Both the position numbers and the translations under genes were made by a program. A stretch of 64,000 bases of DNA from an uncultured delta proteobacterium (lineage in GTDB: Bacteria > Myxococcota > Myxococcia > Myxococcales > Myxococcaceae): contig CAVQKE010000004.1 of NCBI GenBank assembly GCA_963713045.1, positions 736,001-800,000 on the forward strand, read 5' to 3'. Shown here one piece after another: positions 30,170 to 39,348 of the stretch; positions within the stretch are counted from its first letter, which is position 1, and every line of letters starts with the position of its first letter. A model generated the notes under the pieces. That model saw nothing but the letters and a program-made list of their open reading frames with translations. It did no database searches and had not been told where the DNA came from.

Positions 30170-30549
30170 CGCCACTTGCGGCCCTACTGCTAGCAATGGC
30201 GTGCGGCACCCCTGCGGCGCCGCCAGAGACCTGCCAAGACATTGCCGCTCAATACGCAGCTCAAATACCTAGCGCAGCGACGTGCGATCCTACAGCAGCT
30301 AATCCATGCTCGGTTCTGCTGCCAGTTGTGGTCACAGTCGAAGAGGCTGATGGCGGCCTGACATATTCGGCACTCGGAAATTGCAACGTCGGCTTCAATC
30401 CTGATCGGTCCGCAACCCTAGTGCGACTTGTTGCCAGCTACCAGCAGATGGGGTGCTCACCCGCGATGGTTTCTATTTGTCCACCTGGCGGTAGCCAGTG
30501 CCTCGATGGGCCGTTCGGTTATCAGTGTTTTCCGACGTCGACCCCATAG
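30154..30549 (+). CDS. 8-Cys lipoprotein 2
   Basis: Lipobox AMAC; same Cys spacing and LP, FN, GC motifs. Confidence 0.8.
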   Translation: MLSKLAPLAALLLAMACGTPAAPPETCQDIAAQYAAQIPSAATCDPTAANPCSVLLPVVVTVEEADGGLTYSALGNCNVGFNPDRSATLVRLVASYQQMGCSPAMVSICPPGGSQCLDGPFGYQCFPTSTP

Positions 30550-31068
30550 TTGTACCTGACCGTCTGACCGCCCCCCACGGCCGTACCCACGTGTCCGCTC
30601 GTGCGCCGCGTTAGCCGTCCGCCCCCTTGCTCCGACGCCCCCGTGCCTGATTACGAAGCGACTCTCCCGATTACGGAAGGGGACTTATGGCATGTCCGCA
30701 ATGCGCGGTCCCTCGGGTCACCACGCTCTTCGCAGCGTACCGCCGAGATGTCGAAGCAGCTCTCTGAGCAGCGCGTCTCAACCAGGACAAGGACGGTCGC
30801 TTCGCCATCTGGCCCTAGGCAATTTCGAGCATGGGTGCTCTCGAACGTTCTGCACTGGCCGAAAAACTTCGCGGCTCAAAAGCTTGAGGGCTAAAATGGA
30901 GTATTTGCGATTAATCGCAAATGCCGGTTCCGGACACAGGATTCGGCTCCGAAACGCGCCCGAAAACTGGCTCGGGACATGGCCCCTCAACTGGGCCTGT
31001 TTGCAGGCCATTTCGCGAGCCAGCCCGAGACGGGCTGTGCTCAACTTTCTCAATCAATCTGCGCAACT

Positions 31069-31205
31069 CCCCTCCCGCACCCACTCCTTCAACGCTGGGC
31101 ATGCCGCACCCCTTCGTTTCCCGACCACCCTCTCACAACCACAGACGAGAGGGTGGTCGGGAAACTTCGGGGGTGCACAAAAAAACGAGTGGGTGGGGGG
31201 AGGGG
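31069..31205. repeat. Long inverted repeat/hairpin in the island's non-coding region
   Basis: Perfect 19-bp stem 31116-31134 / 31147-31165 with a 12-nt loop, extended by GCACCCC/GGGGTGC and an imperfect outer stem. Confidence 0.9.
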
Positions 31206-31671
31206 TGAAGCGTGAAGTCCCGGTGCAGTCAGAGAACCAAGAAAAAGAGATACGCCATGCGGGTCAGGACGAACAAAAGAGCAGCAGTCAAAGCAACGGC
31301 GCAGCCAGGCCGAGCGGGCCAAACATAATAGGCGTGAGCGGACATGGAGGAGGGAGAAGCTCACGGAGGTTGGCGCAAGCGCGCAACAGCCCTGGCGTCG
31401 CAAGACCGCTGCGACAGCGAGGTCGGGAACTCGTCGCCCTCATGCGAGTGTGTCGCTACCTAACGGCGAAATAGCTTGTTGAGCTCGAGCATGGGCCAAA
31501 GACAGAAAGCGCGGCCGAGTACAGGCTCAGTAGTCTCTCAGGCGAAATGACGCATTCAAAGTCACAGCAATAGAGCCCGCACTGACACGAGCCCTTCCAT
31601 TTCGCACCTTCGACGGGTCTCGCATGCCCCTGCGGTCTCTGACGCCCGCCGGGTACAGTTGCTGGCGCCAT

Positions 31672-31898
31672 GAGGAACTCCTCCTTTACTCATCGACCTC
31701 GGCCACGGTCAGTCCGAGCTTGCGGGCTGCCTCCCGCGCCAGGTCTCCCCCTTCAAAATACTCGCCACCAGGGCGACGCGACGTTTTGCCGTCCAGCGCT
31801 GAAGGTCCTCTGGAGTCTCGCTTTCCATGCCTCCACCACCTCCCCGCGACCTATTCGACCGCGCCTTCTTGGTGGCTTCAATTCAGAGGACGGCGCCA
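31672..31898 (-). pseudogene. Degenerate left end and orfA of an IS3-family element
   Basis: Clearly similar to 34770-35000 (GCCGTCCAGCGCTGAAGGTCCTC; GGTGGCTTCAATTCAGAGG). Confidence 0.85.
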
Positions 31899-32000
31899 CG
31901 ACGTCACCCAAGTGCAGCTTGCTCCTACTAACGCACGTCTGCTATCAGTCCGGAGTGAACGCACTCCCATCTGAGGGGGCACCATCTTTTGGAGACGCAG

Positions 32001-33103
32001 ATGAGATTCTTTATTGAAGTTCGTTCGATCCGGCTCTCTTTAGCAGTGGTGTTGGTACTAATCGATCCGCCTGCAGAAGCACAGACGACGGCAACCGACG
32101 GACGGCCCGCCAACATTCCCGCCAATTACTTGGGCACGCCAAACGGATGGCGTCACCCCTCCTGCGTCCATCAGCTGAGGGAGGGTGAGAAGGTCGACGT
32201 GAACGGCGACATTGCATTAATTTCCACTGGAGCAGTCGTCCAATACGTGAGCCCATGTGGATACCCCTGGTATGACGGAGCCGGGAACGAAGTTTCTGCC
32301 GGCGGCCCACCAGCGTTTAACGATTGGCTCATCGACGCACAAGCTGACGCAGGAGCAGTGTTCTTCATCTCTGCGTACTGGACTGTTCCTAATAACCCCG
32401 CGTCCGTCAACGGACAGATCCTGTATTTTTGGCCTGGTATTATGCCGGTCAACGCCGACAGCAACGAAATCGTCCAGCCGGTCCTCGGATGGAATCAAAT
32501 CGGAACTGGCCCCGGTTGGACGATTAGTAGCTGGCGGTTTGCTTACACCGGAGGCTCCTACAACAGCCCACTAATTACGGTGAACCCAGGAGATCAGATC
32601 TACGGTTATGCCGAGGGTCTTTATTGCAACCAAGAGACGGGAGTTTGTACGACTTGGGTAATCAGTACGTACGATATGAATATTTCTACTGGTACAGCGC
32701 TGTGGTCAGACTCGATGGGCGATGCGCTATATTTCACGCTAGGAGGCGTGTACGAAGCCCATAACCTCAGCGCATGCAACCAAGGATCTACCTCAGACCA
32801 GTTAGTCTTCTCGAACGTCTACGTGGCATACGTCGCCGGCGGGACAACTCCGTCCTGATGCAATATTACTGGAATCCGTCGCCCGCTTGTAACGTTTCTC
32901 TTACTTCTACTGACTCATCAACCGTGACTATCAATTGGTGCTAGGGTGATGATCCCTGCAACGCTAATACGTGCGGTCAAATACTGAAAAACGATTGCGG
33001 CACGCCGATTACTTGCCCAGCATGCTGCAAGCCGCCCAACATCGAGTGCGGGTGCGGCCTTGGCTGCATTTCTGCCATCATTTGCCACAGAGAGTGTGGT
33101 TGA
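32001..33103 (+). pseudogene. Secreted glutamic-peptidase-like protein with Cys-rich tail, copy B (frameshift at ~32857, TAG at 32942-32944)
   Basis: Paralog of copy A (TPNGWRHPSC, SAYWTVP, GQILYFWP, QPVLGWN, VYE). The shifted frame gives SPACNV...WC*GDDPC...TCPACCKPPNIECGCGLGC. Confidence 0.8.
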
Positions 33104-33152
33104 TTACGTGGGACCTCGGGCTTTGTTGCCTTCCATCCAACTCTTGACGTCG

Positions 33153-33554
33153 ATGCAGATCGACCTCCGCCCAGTTTTGTTGGCCGGGTTAGCTCTAATG
33201 ATCCTCCCGGCATGCGGAACGACAAGTTGCCAAGAACTCGTCACTCAGTATGCAAATGAAGAGGAAAACGCTCAGGCGTGCGATCCCACGGTTCCCAATT
33301 CCTGTACGGTGCAGCTTCCTATACCCTTTGGTATTCCGGAGGGAGGAAACACGTTGTGGGAGGGTCTCGCTAGCGATTGCAACTCGGCGTTTAATCCGGC
33401 CCACTCGGCACACCTCCAAGCAATCTATTCACAGTTCCTGGCCCAGGGGTGCAAAGCCGAGGCGATTCCGGCCTGCGGGGCTGGTCCCGTTGGTCACTGT
33501 AATCCAGCTCCGGCAGGGTATCCCAGTCTGACCGGGTACATCTGTGAGGATTGA
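33153..33554 (+). CDS. 8-Cys lipoprotein 3
   Basis: Lipobox LPAC; same Cys spacing as lipoproteins 1 and 2. Confidence 0.8.
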   Translation: MQIDLRPVLLAGLALMILPACGTTSCQELVTQYANEEENAQACDPTVPNSCTVQLPIPFGIPEGGNTLWEGLASDCNSAFNPAHSAHLQAIYSQFLAQGCKAEAIPACGAGPVGHCNPAPAGYPSLTGYICED

Positions 33555-33781
33555 GGACAACGGACGTCAACTCGCAGTTTCGTTCGAGTCCGGATAATGG
33601 TTGACTCAACACCTCGCCCTGAGCCCATCGAGGGCGAGACATTCGCGCAGGAGGCGGCTCGGAAGCACGGCCTGACTGTTGCGGAGGTGAAGTAATGGAA
33701 GGAGCTATTCCTGGCTAGCGCCGAGAACGCTCTCCGCTCCCACCCGCGAGACGGAGGAGGCCGTGTAGTGACACCCTCAAA

Positions 33782-34606
33782 TCAAGCCACAAGTGAGACT
33801 TCTTTTCGGTACTCCCTGGGGCTCCTGTAGCCGAGCGCCTGGCGCGGTCGGCCTGTGTTGTACCAGTCGATCCACTGCGTCAGTTCGAAGCGGGCCTCGG
33901 CAAAGCTTCTAAAGTTGTGCTGCCACGCGCATTCCTCCTTCAAGCTCCGGAAGAAGCGCTCGACGAGGCCGTTCTGCTCGGGCGTGTACGGCGTAATAAA
34001 TTCTTGCTGCAGCCGGTAATCACGACATGCCCGGCGAAAGCGCCGGCTTTGGAAGACCAGCCCGTTGTCGCTCCGCAGCACTGGTGTTTGTCCTTCGGGA
34101 CGCAGCGTGCCGAAGCGACGTATGCAGGCTTCTTCGATGGCTCGCTCCGCCTCCTTGGCTCGCCCGCGAAGCGCAAACTCGTAGCCAATGACTTCTCGAT
34201 CGTGACAGTCGATGACAACGGCCAGGTGTGCCCAGCCGTCTCTTCCGCAGGGCACGTGCGTCATGTCGGTCGCCCACCGCTCGTTGCTCCGCTCGGCGAT
34301 GCTGATGCGCCCTTGTACCCTGGGACGGAGCGTCCAAATGCGCTGGTGCACAAACCACCGCTTCTGCTTCAGCACTCTGTAGACGGCCTTCGCGTTCACG
34401 TGGACGCCCTGCCGGAAGCGAAGCATGGCCCAGATGCGGCGGTAGCCAAACGTTGGGTACTGGTGGATGAGCTCCTTCACTCGAGCGACGAGCAGCTCGT
34501 CCAAAGGCCGTACCTGCTTCGCGCCTTCCCGGCGCCGTTGCGCCCGTGGGACACGGAGAATCCGACAAGCCTTTCGCTCGGAGAGGTCTGGCATTTCCTG
34601 CCTCAC
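33782..34606 (-). CDS. IS3 transposase OrfB (DDE)
   Basis: FGYRRI, WATDMT, LRSDNG and PEQNGLVERFFRSLKEE. Confidence 0.95.
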   Translation of the reverse strand: MRQEMPDLSERKACRILRVPRAQRRREGAKQVRPLDELLVARVKELIHQYPTFGYRRIWAMLRFRQGVHVNAKAVYRVLKQKRWFVHQRIWTLRPRVQGRISIAERSNERWATDMTHVPCGRDGWAHLAVVIDCHDREVIGYEFALRGRAKEAERAIEEACIRRFGTLRPEGQTPVLRSDNGLVFQSRRFRRACRDYRLQQEFITPYTPEQNGLVERFFRSLKEECAWQHNFRSFAEARFELTQWIDWYNTGRPRQALGYRSPREYRKEVSLVA

Positions 34607-34929
34607 TCGTCGGACTTCTTCGGCACAAAAGGGCGGTTCTTGGTCGCCTCCCGCAGAACGTCGTTCTCGAGCACTAGCTCGGCGACCTTATGCATGAGCC
34701 TTCGGACTCGCTCCTGGTCCAGCGCCTCGTCGTCGCGAGGCTTCGACCTGAGGGCATTCTCCGCGCCCAGGAGAAACTTCTCCTTCCACTCCTCGACCTC
34801 GGCCACGGTCAGCCCGTGCTTCCGCGCTGCCTCCTGGACCGACGTCTCTCCCTTCAAAATGCTGGCGACAAGTGCCACCCGGCGCTTTGCCGTCCAGCGC
34901 TGAAGGTCCTCCGGAATCTCGCCTTCCAT
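34603..34929 (-). CDS. IS3 transposase OrfA (HTH)
   Basis: RWTAKRRVALV...EAARKHGLTVAEVEEWK; its stop overlaps the orfB GTG. Confidence 0.9.
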   Translation of the reverse strand: MEGEIPEDLQRWTAKRRVALVASILKGETSVQEAARKHGLTVAEVEEWKEKFLLGAENALRSKPRDDEALDQERVRRLMHKVAELVLENDVLREATKNRPFVPKKSDE

Positions 34930-35350
34930 CGCTTCACCACCTGTCCGCGGCATATTCCACCGCGTCTTATGGGTGGCTTCAATTCAGAGGGGTGCGGGAT
35001 AGCCGGCGGGAAGAGGCCATCAAGAAGCTGAAGCAGAAGGTGGGGGAACTCGTCCTCGAGAACGACGTCCTCAAAGAGACGGTGAAACCCTACTGCCCTT
35101 TCGGACGAGGGACGTCCGAAGAGTGAGAGAGGCCATGCCCGGCCTCTCCGAGTGGGCCACGTGCAAGCTTCTTCGCGTACCGCGCTCGTCGATGCGTCCC
35201 GAAACCCAGAAAGTCCACCGTACGCCCTCGTGGACGAGCGACTGGCAGAGCGGATTCGTCGTCTTATCGAGCTGCACCCGATCTCCGACCGCAGCCAGGG
35301 CGCATTCCAGTATCGTCGCCCCTCCACGGAACTGAATCGTGCAGCTCAGC

Positions 35351-35689
35351 TCAGCGTTTTCCACTGGGCCCGACTTTGGCCGCGGCGAGAAACTGTTCGA
35401 GGGCAACGACTGTGAAGCGCAGTTGCCCCGCCACTCGAACAGCTCGGAGTTCGCCCGTCGCCACCAACTCTTGAACTGTAGCAGCTTCAACCGCAAGCGT
35501 AGTGGCAACCTGAGCAACCGTTAGCAGCTGCGGGACGACGTGTGCCGGATTTGTGCCACCACTTTGAGCGTACGTGGCCAAGTCTGTCCCACCCTGCCCC
35601 TCCACAACTGCGCCGTGCCTGCCTTTTGCCCTCTGGTGGCTACTCGCGAGCGCCCCTGTCCACTCGAGTCCTCTTGCCTCGGCCCAATT
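35351..35689 (-). other. Detached 3' end of the integrase gene (HTH_17 domain), rejoined in attP
   Basis: Open frame from the att core to the stop at 35351, in phase with int; LLTVAQVATTLAVEAATVQELVATGELRAVRVAGQLRF. Confidence 0.85.
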
Positions 35690-35731
35690 CCTAAACCGCA
35701 GGTCAGCAGTTCGAATCTGCTCGGGGTCACT
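35688..35731 (+). repeat. attR1: 3' half of tRNA-Arg with a variant T-stem
   Basis: TTCCTAAACCGCAGGTC-AGCAG-TTCGAAT-CTGCT-CGGGGTCACT. Confidence 0.92.
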
Positions 35732-35872
35732 CTGGTGGGGCCACTGAGTACGGCCTGAGCCACGTCGAGGAAACCCCGAATGGGCGGGAGTCTCCTAGCG
35801 GCTGCGCGCCACACGAGAGGTGGCGCGCAGCTCTTTACAGTTCATCCAGGCGCAGTCTAGTGGCCGGTGCCG

Positions 35873-36490
35873 TTACCGCTTCGCTAGGGCCAGCTTATCT
35901 ATGCGGAGAGCCGCCGCGGCAATGGCTGGCCCAGACACCTCGATCTGCGCTCCTCGGGAAAGGCCCGAGACGTCGAGTTTCATGTCTGGAGGGGCGAGCG
36001 CCACCGTGCCATCGGCGAACACCAGGCCGGTGATGTGACCATCCGGCGCGGCCAGGAGAGCGTCGAGCGGACCACGCGCGGTCACTTGTTTGCCCGCGGA
36101 GTCCTCATGGGTGGGCTGCCGCGCCGGAGCATCATGCGCGCGCAGCAAGAGCTTTCCTCCACGGGTGAGGCGAGCACGGTAATACACCACATTCAGTGCT
36201 GTTTCGACCGCGTCACCCTCGACCTGTACGCGCTGACCGGGGGTAAACCCGAACTGCGACGCATCCGAGGACAACATCACCACCGACCCCTCGGCCAGCA
36301 GCAGGGCGAACGGCTCTCCCCGACTGTTGATCAGGACCTTGTCGATGTCGGCTGACCGCTGCATTCGGAAATGCACCTCCCCGGACAAAGCGGCGGAAGG
36401 TGGCTCAGCGAGAGCCAAGTTGGAGAAGAAGCACGACGACGCAACAGCAAGCCACCTCAGTCGTGCGATGTGGGGAGCGAGTGCAATCAT
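35873..36490 (-). CDS. Exported hypothetical protein
   Basis: Signal peptide ending ALA; two loosely repeated beta-rich halves. Confidence 0.6.
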   Translation of the reverse strand: MIALAPHIARLRWLAVASSCFFSNLALAEPPSAALSGEVHFRMQRSADIDKVLINSRGEPFALLLAEGSVVMLSSDASQFGFTPGQRVQVEGDAVETALNVVYYRARLTRGGKLLLRAHDAPARQPTHEDSAGKQVTARGPLDALLAAPDGHITGLVFADGTVALAPPDMKLDVSGLSRGAQIEVSGPAIAAAALRIDKLALAKR

Positions 36491-36905
36491 TAGGTATTCC
36501 CTGTTGTGGACCGAGCGGGAAGTCGCTCTGGTCTGCCAGGCTGTAGAACCCAGTCGCTGGTGGGTACGGGCAACCCGCCGACTGTGACGGAGGCTCGGTG
36601 CTACGCTCGGAGCATGTCCGGCGACGAGTCAATCCTTTCACTGCTCGAGGCCGGAGATGCCCGGGAGGCAGCGACAGCGCTCCTTTGACTCGCCCTGCTG
36701 TGGCCGCGAGCGCAGCCCATTCCGCCGCGGGCAACGCGGGAACGAACGCTATCTCCGCGCGCAACAAACACGCAGGAAGACCGGCGCCTGACTCGTAGTC
36801 CCAGGGCCCATTTCTGCCACTGGGGACAGCGTTGGGACGGCTTTCAGGCTCAAGAACCCATCGAGTGGCGAGGTAGGTCAGGGGGATTGCGCGGCGGGCA
36901 GTTTC

Positions 36906-36949
36906 TTCCTAAACGGCAGGTCGCGCGTTCGAATCGCGCCGGAGTCACT
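36906..36949 (+). repeat. attR2: second 3' half of tRNA-Arg
   Basis: TTCCTAAACgGCAGGTCGCGCGTTCGAATCGCGCCGGaGTCACT, two mismatches to the tRNA. Confidence 0.92.
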
Positions 36950-37181
36950 TCCTCCAAGGTTTTGGATTTGTGCCGCTTCTGCTTCGCACTCGTCTTGAAA
37001 TCTTGGCGGTTTGTGACCTGTCCGGTAAGAGCCGGGAAAGAAACGGCTGTAAGTTGAGCGGGGACACCGCCGCAGCGTCTCGAAATTCTTTGCAACATTT
37101 AGACCGCTCGGTGACCTTTTGCACAGGCCTGACGTGCCCGTCGTTTACCGGCACTCCCCGACCACCACGCCGGGTGGCGCG

Positions 37182-38078
37182 CTATTTTGACTGCTGCGCG
37201 TGCGGCTCACCCTTCTTTTCTTCGGACCCCTTCGCGGGGGGCGGAGCCTTGCTCTCATGCGGCTGCGGCGCTGCCGCGACCGTCGGAGACGGATGGGCCG
37301 GCGGAGCAGCTTGCTGGTGAACAGGAGGAGTCGCCTTCTGGGCCGCTGGCGCGGAAGGGCGAGCCTCGGCGCCTTGCGTCGAAGAAGGTTTTTGCGGATG
37401 CTGCGACGCAGCCGGAGGCGGATTCACGGCGGCGTGCTGCGGAGCAGGCGCTTGTGCGTGCTGAGGCGCAGGCTGCTGTCGAGCCGCAGCTTCCGAATTT
37501 GCGGTTTTGGGCGCCTGCCGATACTGCTGTTGCGCGACCGCCTCGCGCGGCTCGTAGTGGTAGTTCTCCGTCCGGATCGCATGCTGCTGCTCCGAAGCGC
37601 GCGGATAGCTGGCACCTACATACTGGCGTTGATAGACGGGCAGGGGCGCAGGTGGCGGAACGGCCTGTCGGTCCCAGCGGTCCCATCCAGCGTGTTTCGC
37701 TTCCCAGCCCTGGCCCCAGTGCTCGCCCCAGCGCGGCGGCGCGTCGCCCTGCCAGCCGCGGAAGTACGCTGGCGGCGCGCGGTAGTAGCTCACCGGAACG
37801 CGGAGCACGAACAGCGGCACCGACTCGGGGCCAAACGACTGCCAGGGGCCGTTGTACCAACTGCTCGCGTACCAGGTGTCTCCAGCGTAGACCCAGTAGA
37901 GACCGTCGTAGAAGAAGTAGTTCGAGTTCAGCTGCGGGTCGTAATAGACGGGATAGCCCGGCACCTGGACCAACGTCGGATAGGTGTCGACGTTGATGGA
38001 AATACTTACCTGAGCCTGGGCCGCGGCCGGGGAAAGGGAAAGTAGCGATACAGAGATGGACAGCAGTAAATGGCGCAT
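37182..38078 (-). CDS. Secreted protein with aromatic-rich domain and Pro/Ala/Gln low-complexity tail
   Basis: Signal peptide; VPGYPVYY...YFFYDGLYW...WYNGPW. Confidence 0.8.
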   Translation of the reverse strand: MRHLLLSISVSLLSLSPAAAQAQVSISINVDTYPTLVQVPGYPVYYDPQLNSNYFFYDGLYWVYAGDTWYASSWYNGPWQSFGPESVPLFVLRVPVSYYRAPPAYFRGWQGDAPPRWGEHWGQGWEAKHAGWDRWDRQAVPPPAPLPVYQRQYVGASYPRASEQQHAIRTENYHYEPREAVAQQQYRQAPKTANSEAAARQQPAPQHAQAPAPQHAAVNPPPAASQHPQKPSSTQGAEARPSAPAAQKATPPVHQQAAPPAHPSPTVAAAPQPHESKAPPPAKGSEEKKGEPHAQQSK

Positions 38079-38244
38079 CGGGTACTCCCTCGCTTTAGGA
38101 GGCGGTAAACAAACACAACAAGACTTACGGAAACTCCACGCGTTAAGGTGTTCGCAAGATCCGGAAGCTGTGGGCCCGGATATCTCTCGCATCATCGAAA
38201 TACGGCCGCAGTGCGGAGGCCCAGTTTGCCGATGCTTCGTTACG

Positions 38245-38754
38245 CTAGGACCCCTGGCTGAGAGTTGCCGCCGTGTCGCGCTGGCTTTCTAGTGTCGGCC
38301 GCAGCGTCTCCAAGAGGGCGCGCACTGCATCGTTGCTGATCCGTGCCTCCCCGAGTTTCAGCATCGTAAGGGTCTTGGTGTGATCGTCCAGCGTCATCAA
38401 GACGAAGGCGCGGTCGAAGGCGTCACCGGTGAGACTCGCCAAACTCCGGAGATGATCGCCGTCAACATCTGGAGTAACGCTGACATTTCTTTTCGCTGCA
38501 AGCGCGAGAATCTGGGTATCACCGACGCGCAGCTCTTTCACAACATCCGATCCGAACTGCCGAACAGCCACTGAAGTGCCTCGTGCCATCGCCAATTGGC
38601 CAGCTGAAATTTCCATCGAGTACGCGTTATGAAGGTTGAGGAGAAGCTGCCCCTCAAAAGTCAGGTCGTCCGCGCCGTTAGCAGGTTCAGCCTGAACACA
38701 GAATGAGGTCGACCAAATTAAAAGAGAGAAAAGGCAAAAAATCTGAGTGCGCAT
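38245..38754 (-). CDS. DUF4142 (ferritin-like) exported protein
   Basis: EISAGQLA, VRQFG and LTGDAFDRAFV...DH motifs. Confidence 0.75.
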   Translation of the reverse strand: MRTQIFCLFSLLIWSTSFCVQAEPANGADDLTFEGQLLLNLHNAYSMEISAGQLAMARGTSVAVRQFGSDVVKELRVGDTQILALAAKRNVSVTPDVDGDHLRSLASLTGDAFDRAFVLMTLDDHTKTLTMLKLGEARISNDAVRALLETLRPTLESQRDTAATLSQGS

Positions 38755-38851
38755 GAGTGTCTCCGCCAGGCTTCAAAGATGAGGGAAGCCAAGTCTCCCC
38801 TTGAACGGAACCAAGCTGACCCCAGGTCGCGTTGTGCTTTCCGAACCCAGC

Positions 38852-39061
38852 TTACTTGATAATGACCTCAACCTTTTCTCCGCCAGTGGGGCATACCCAA
38901 TGACCGGAATGCCAGTTCCCATGATCGCCGTAGTGGCCTTCCTCCCAGACTCCGCCGTGGCACGGTGATGCGGGACGCGTCGCATAGTGGTCGTGGGCCG
39001 CGCATCCTGAGGCAGCGAGCAACACCCCGGCAATCGCTGCTCGAAAATAGGTTCGCAACAT
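38852..39061 (-). CDS. Small lipoprotein with YXWGXW-like repeats
   Basis: GAGGAG RBS; lipobox ASGC; VWEEGHY...WHSGHW. Confidence 0.7.
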   Translation of the reverse strand: MLRTYFRAAIAGVLLAASGCAAHDHYATRPASPCHGGVWEEGHYGDHGNWHSGHWVCPTGGEKVEVIIK

Positions 39062-39348
39062 GGTGCTCCTCCTCAGGGTGGGAGCTCAGAAGGTAGGGCC
39101 TCAAATGCTGGGCGCAAGGGCCTCATTGATGCTCAAGAGCTCGTGAGTGATTCAGAAAAAAGGCCTTCTTGAGGATTCAAGCTGCCAATCAGCCGCCGTT
39201 ACACGAGCAAGCCGGCCAAAATTCCTCTGCTACATAAATACTCAAACGCAACTAGGTACTCCTGACTAAGCGATTCGTCAGGGGTCGACAACGTTAGTGC
39301 TACGTCCGCCGTCGGTATCCGATCGATCGCGGACGCGTCCGGCTGCCC

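Larger units (their letters stand above)
33764..35001 (-). mobile_element. IS3-family insertion sequence (1238 bp)
   Basis: Imperfect terminal inverted repeats (both read ...CCCTC...AAGCCAC inward); 4-bp target duplication GCCG at 33760-33763 and 35002-35005. Confidence 0.9.
33630..35320 (+). pseudogene. Older, decayed IS3-family copy interrupted by the intact IS
   Basis: orfA pieces QEAARKHGLTVAEVK* (33640-33760) and KLKQKVGELVLENDVLK (35020-35126), followed by a decayed orfB start. Confidence 0.8.
25877..35731. mobile_element. tRNA-Arg-integrated genomic island (~9.8 kb)
   Basis: 17-bp direct repeat TTCCTAAACCGCAGGTC at 25877-25893 and 35688-35704; adjacent integrase; cargo visibly more AT-rich. 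Confidence 0.9.

Noticed and set aside
31069..31440. Retron msr/msd or CRISPR interpretation of the hairpins
   Set aside because: No reverse transcriptase or cas gene and no regularly spaced direct repeats were seen in the window.
30601..31474. ORFs across the hairpin region as rep or relaxase genes
   Set aside because: No HUH, primase or Rep motifs, and the composition is not protein-like.
36614..36688. Possible ECF sigma factor N-terminal remnant (MSGDESILSLLEAGDAREAATALL*)
   Set aside because: Too short to support a call.
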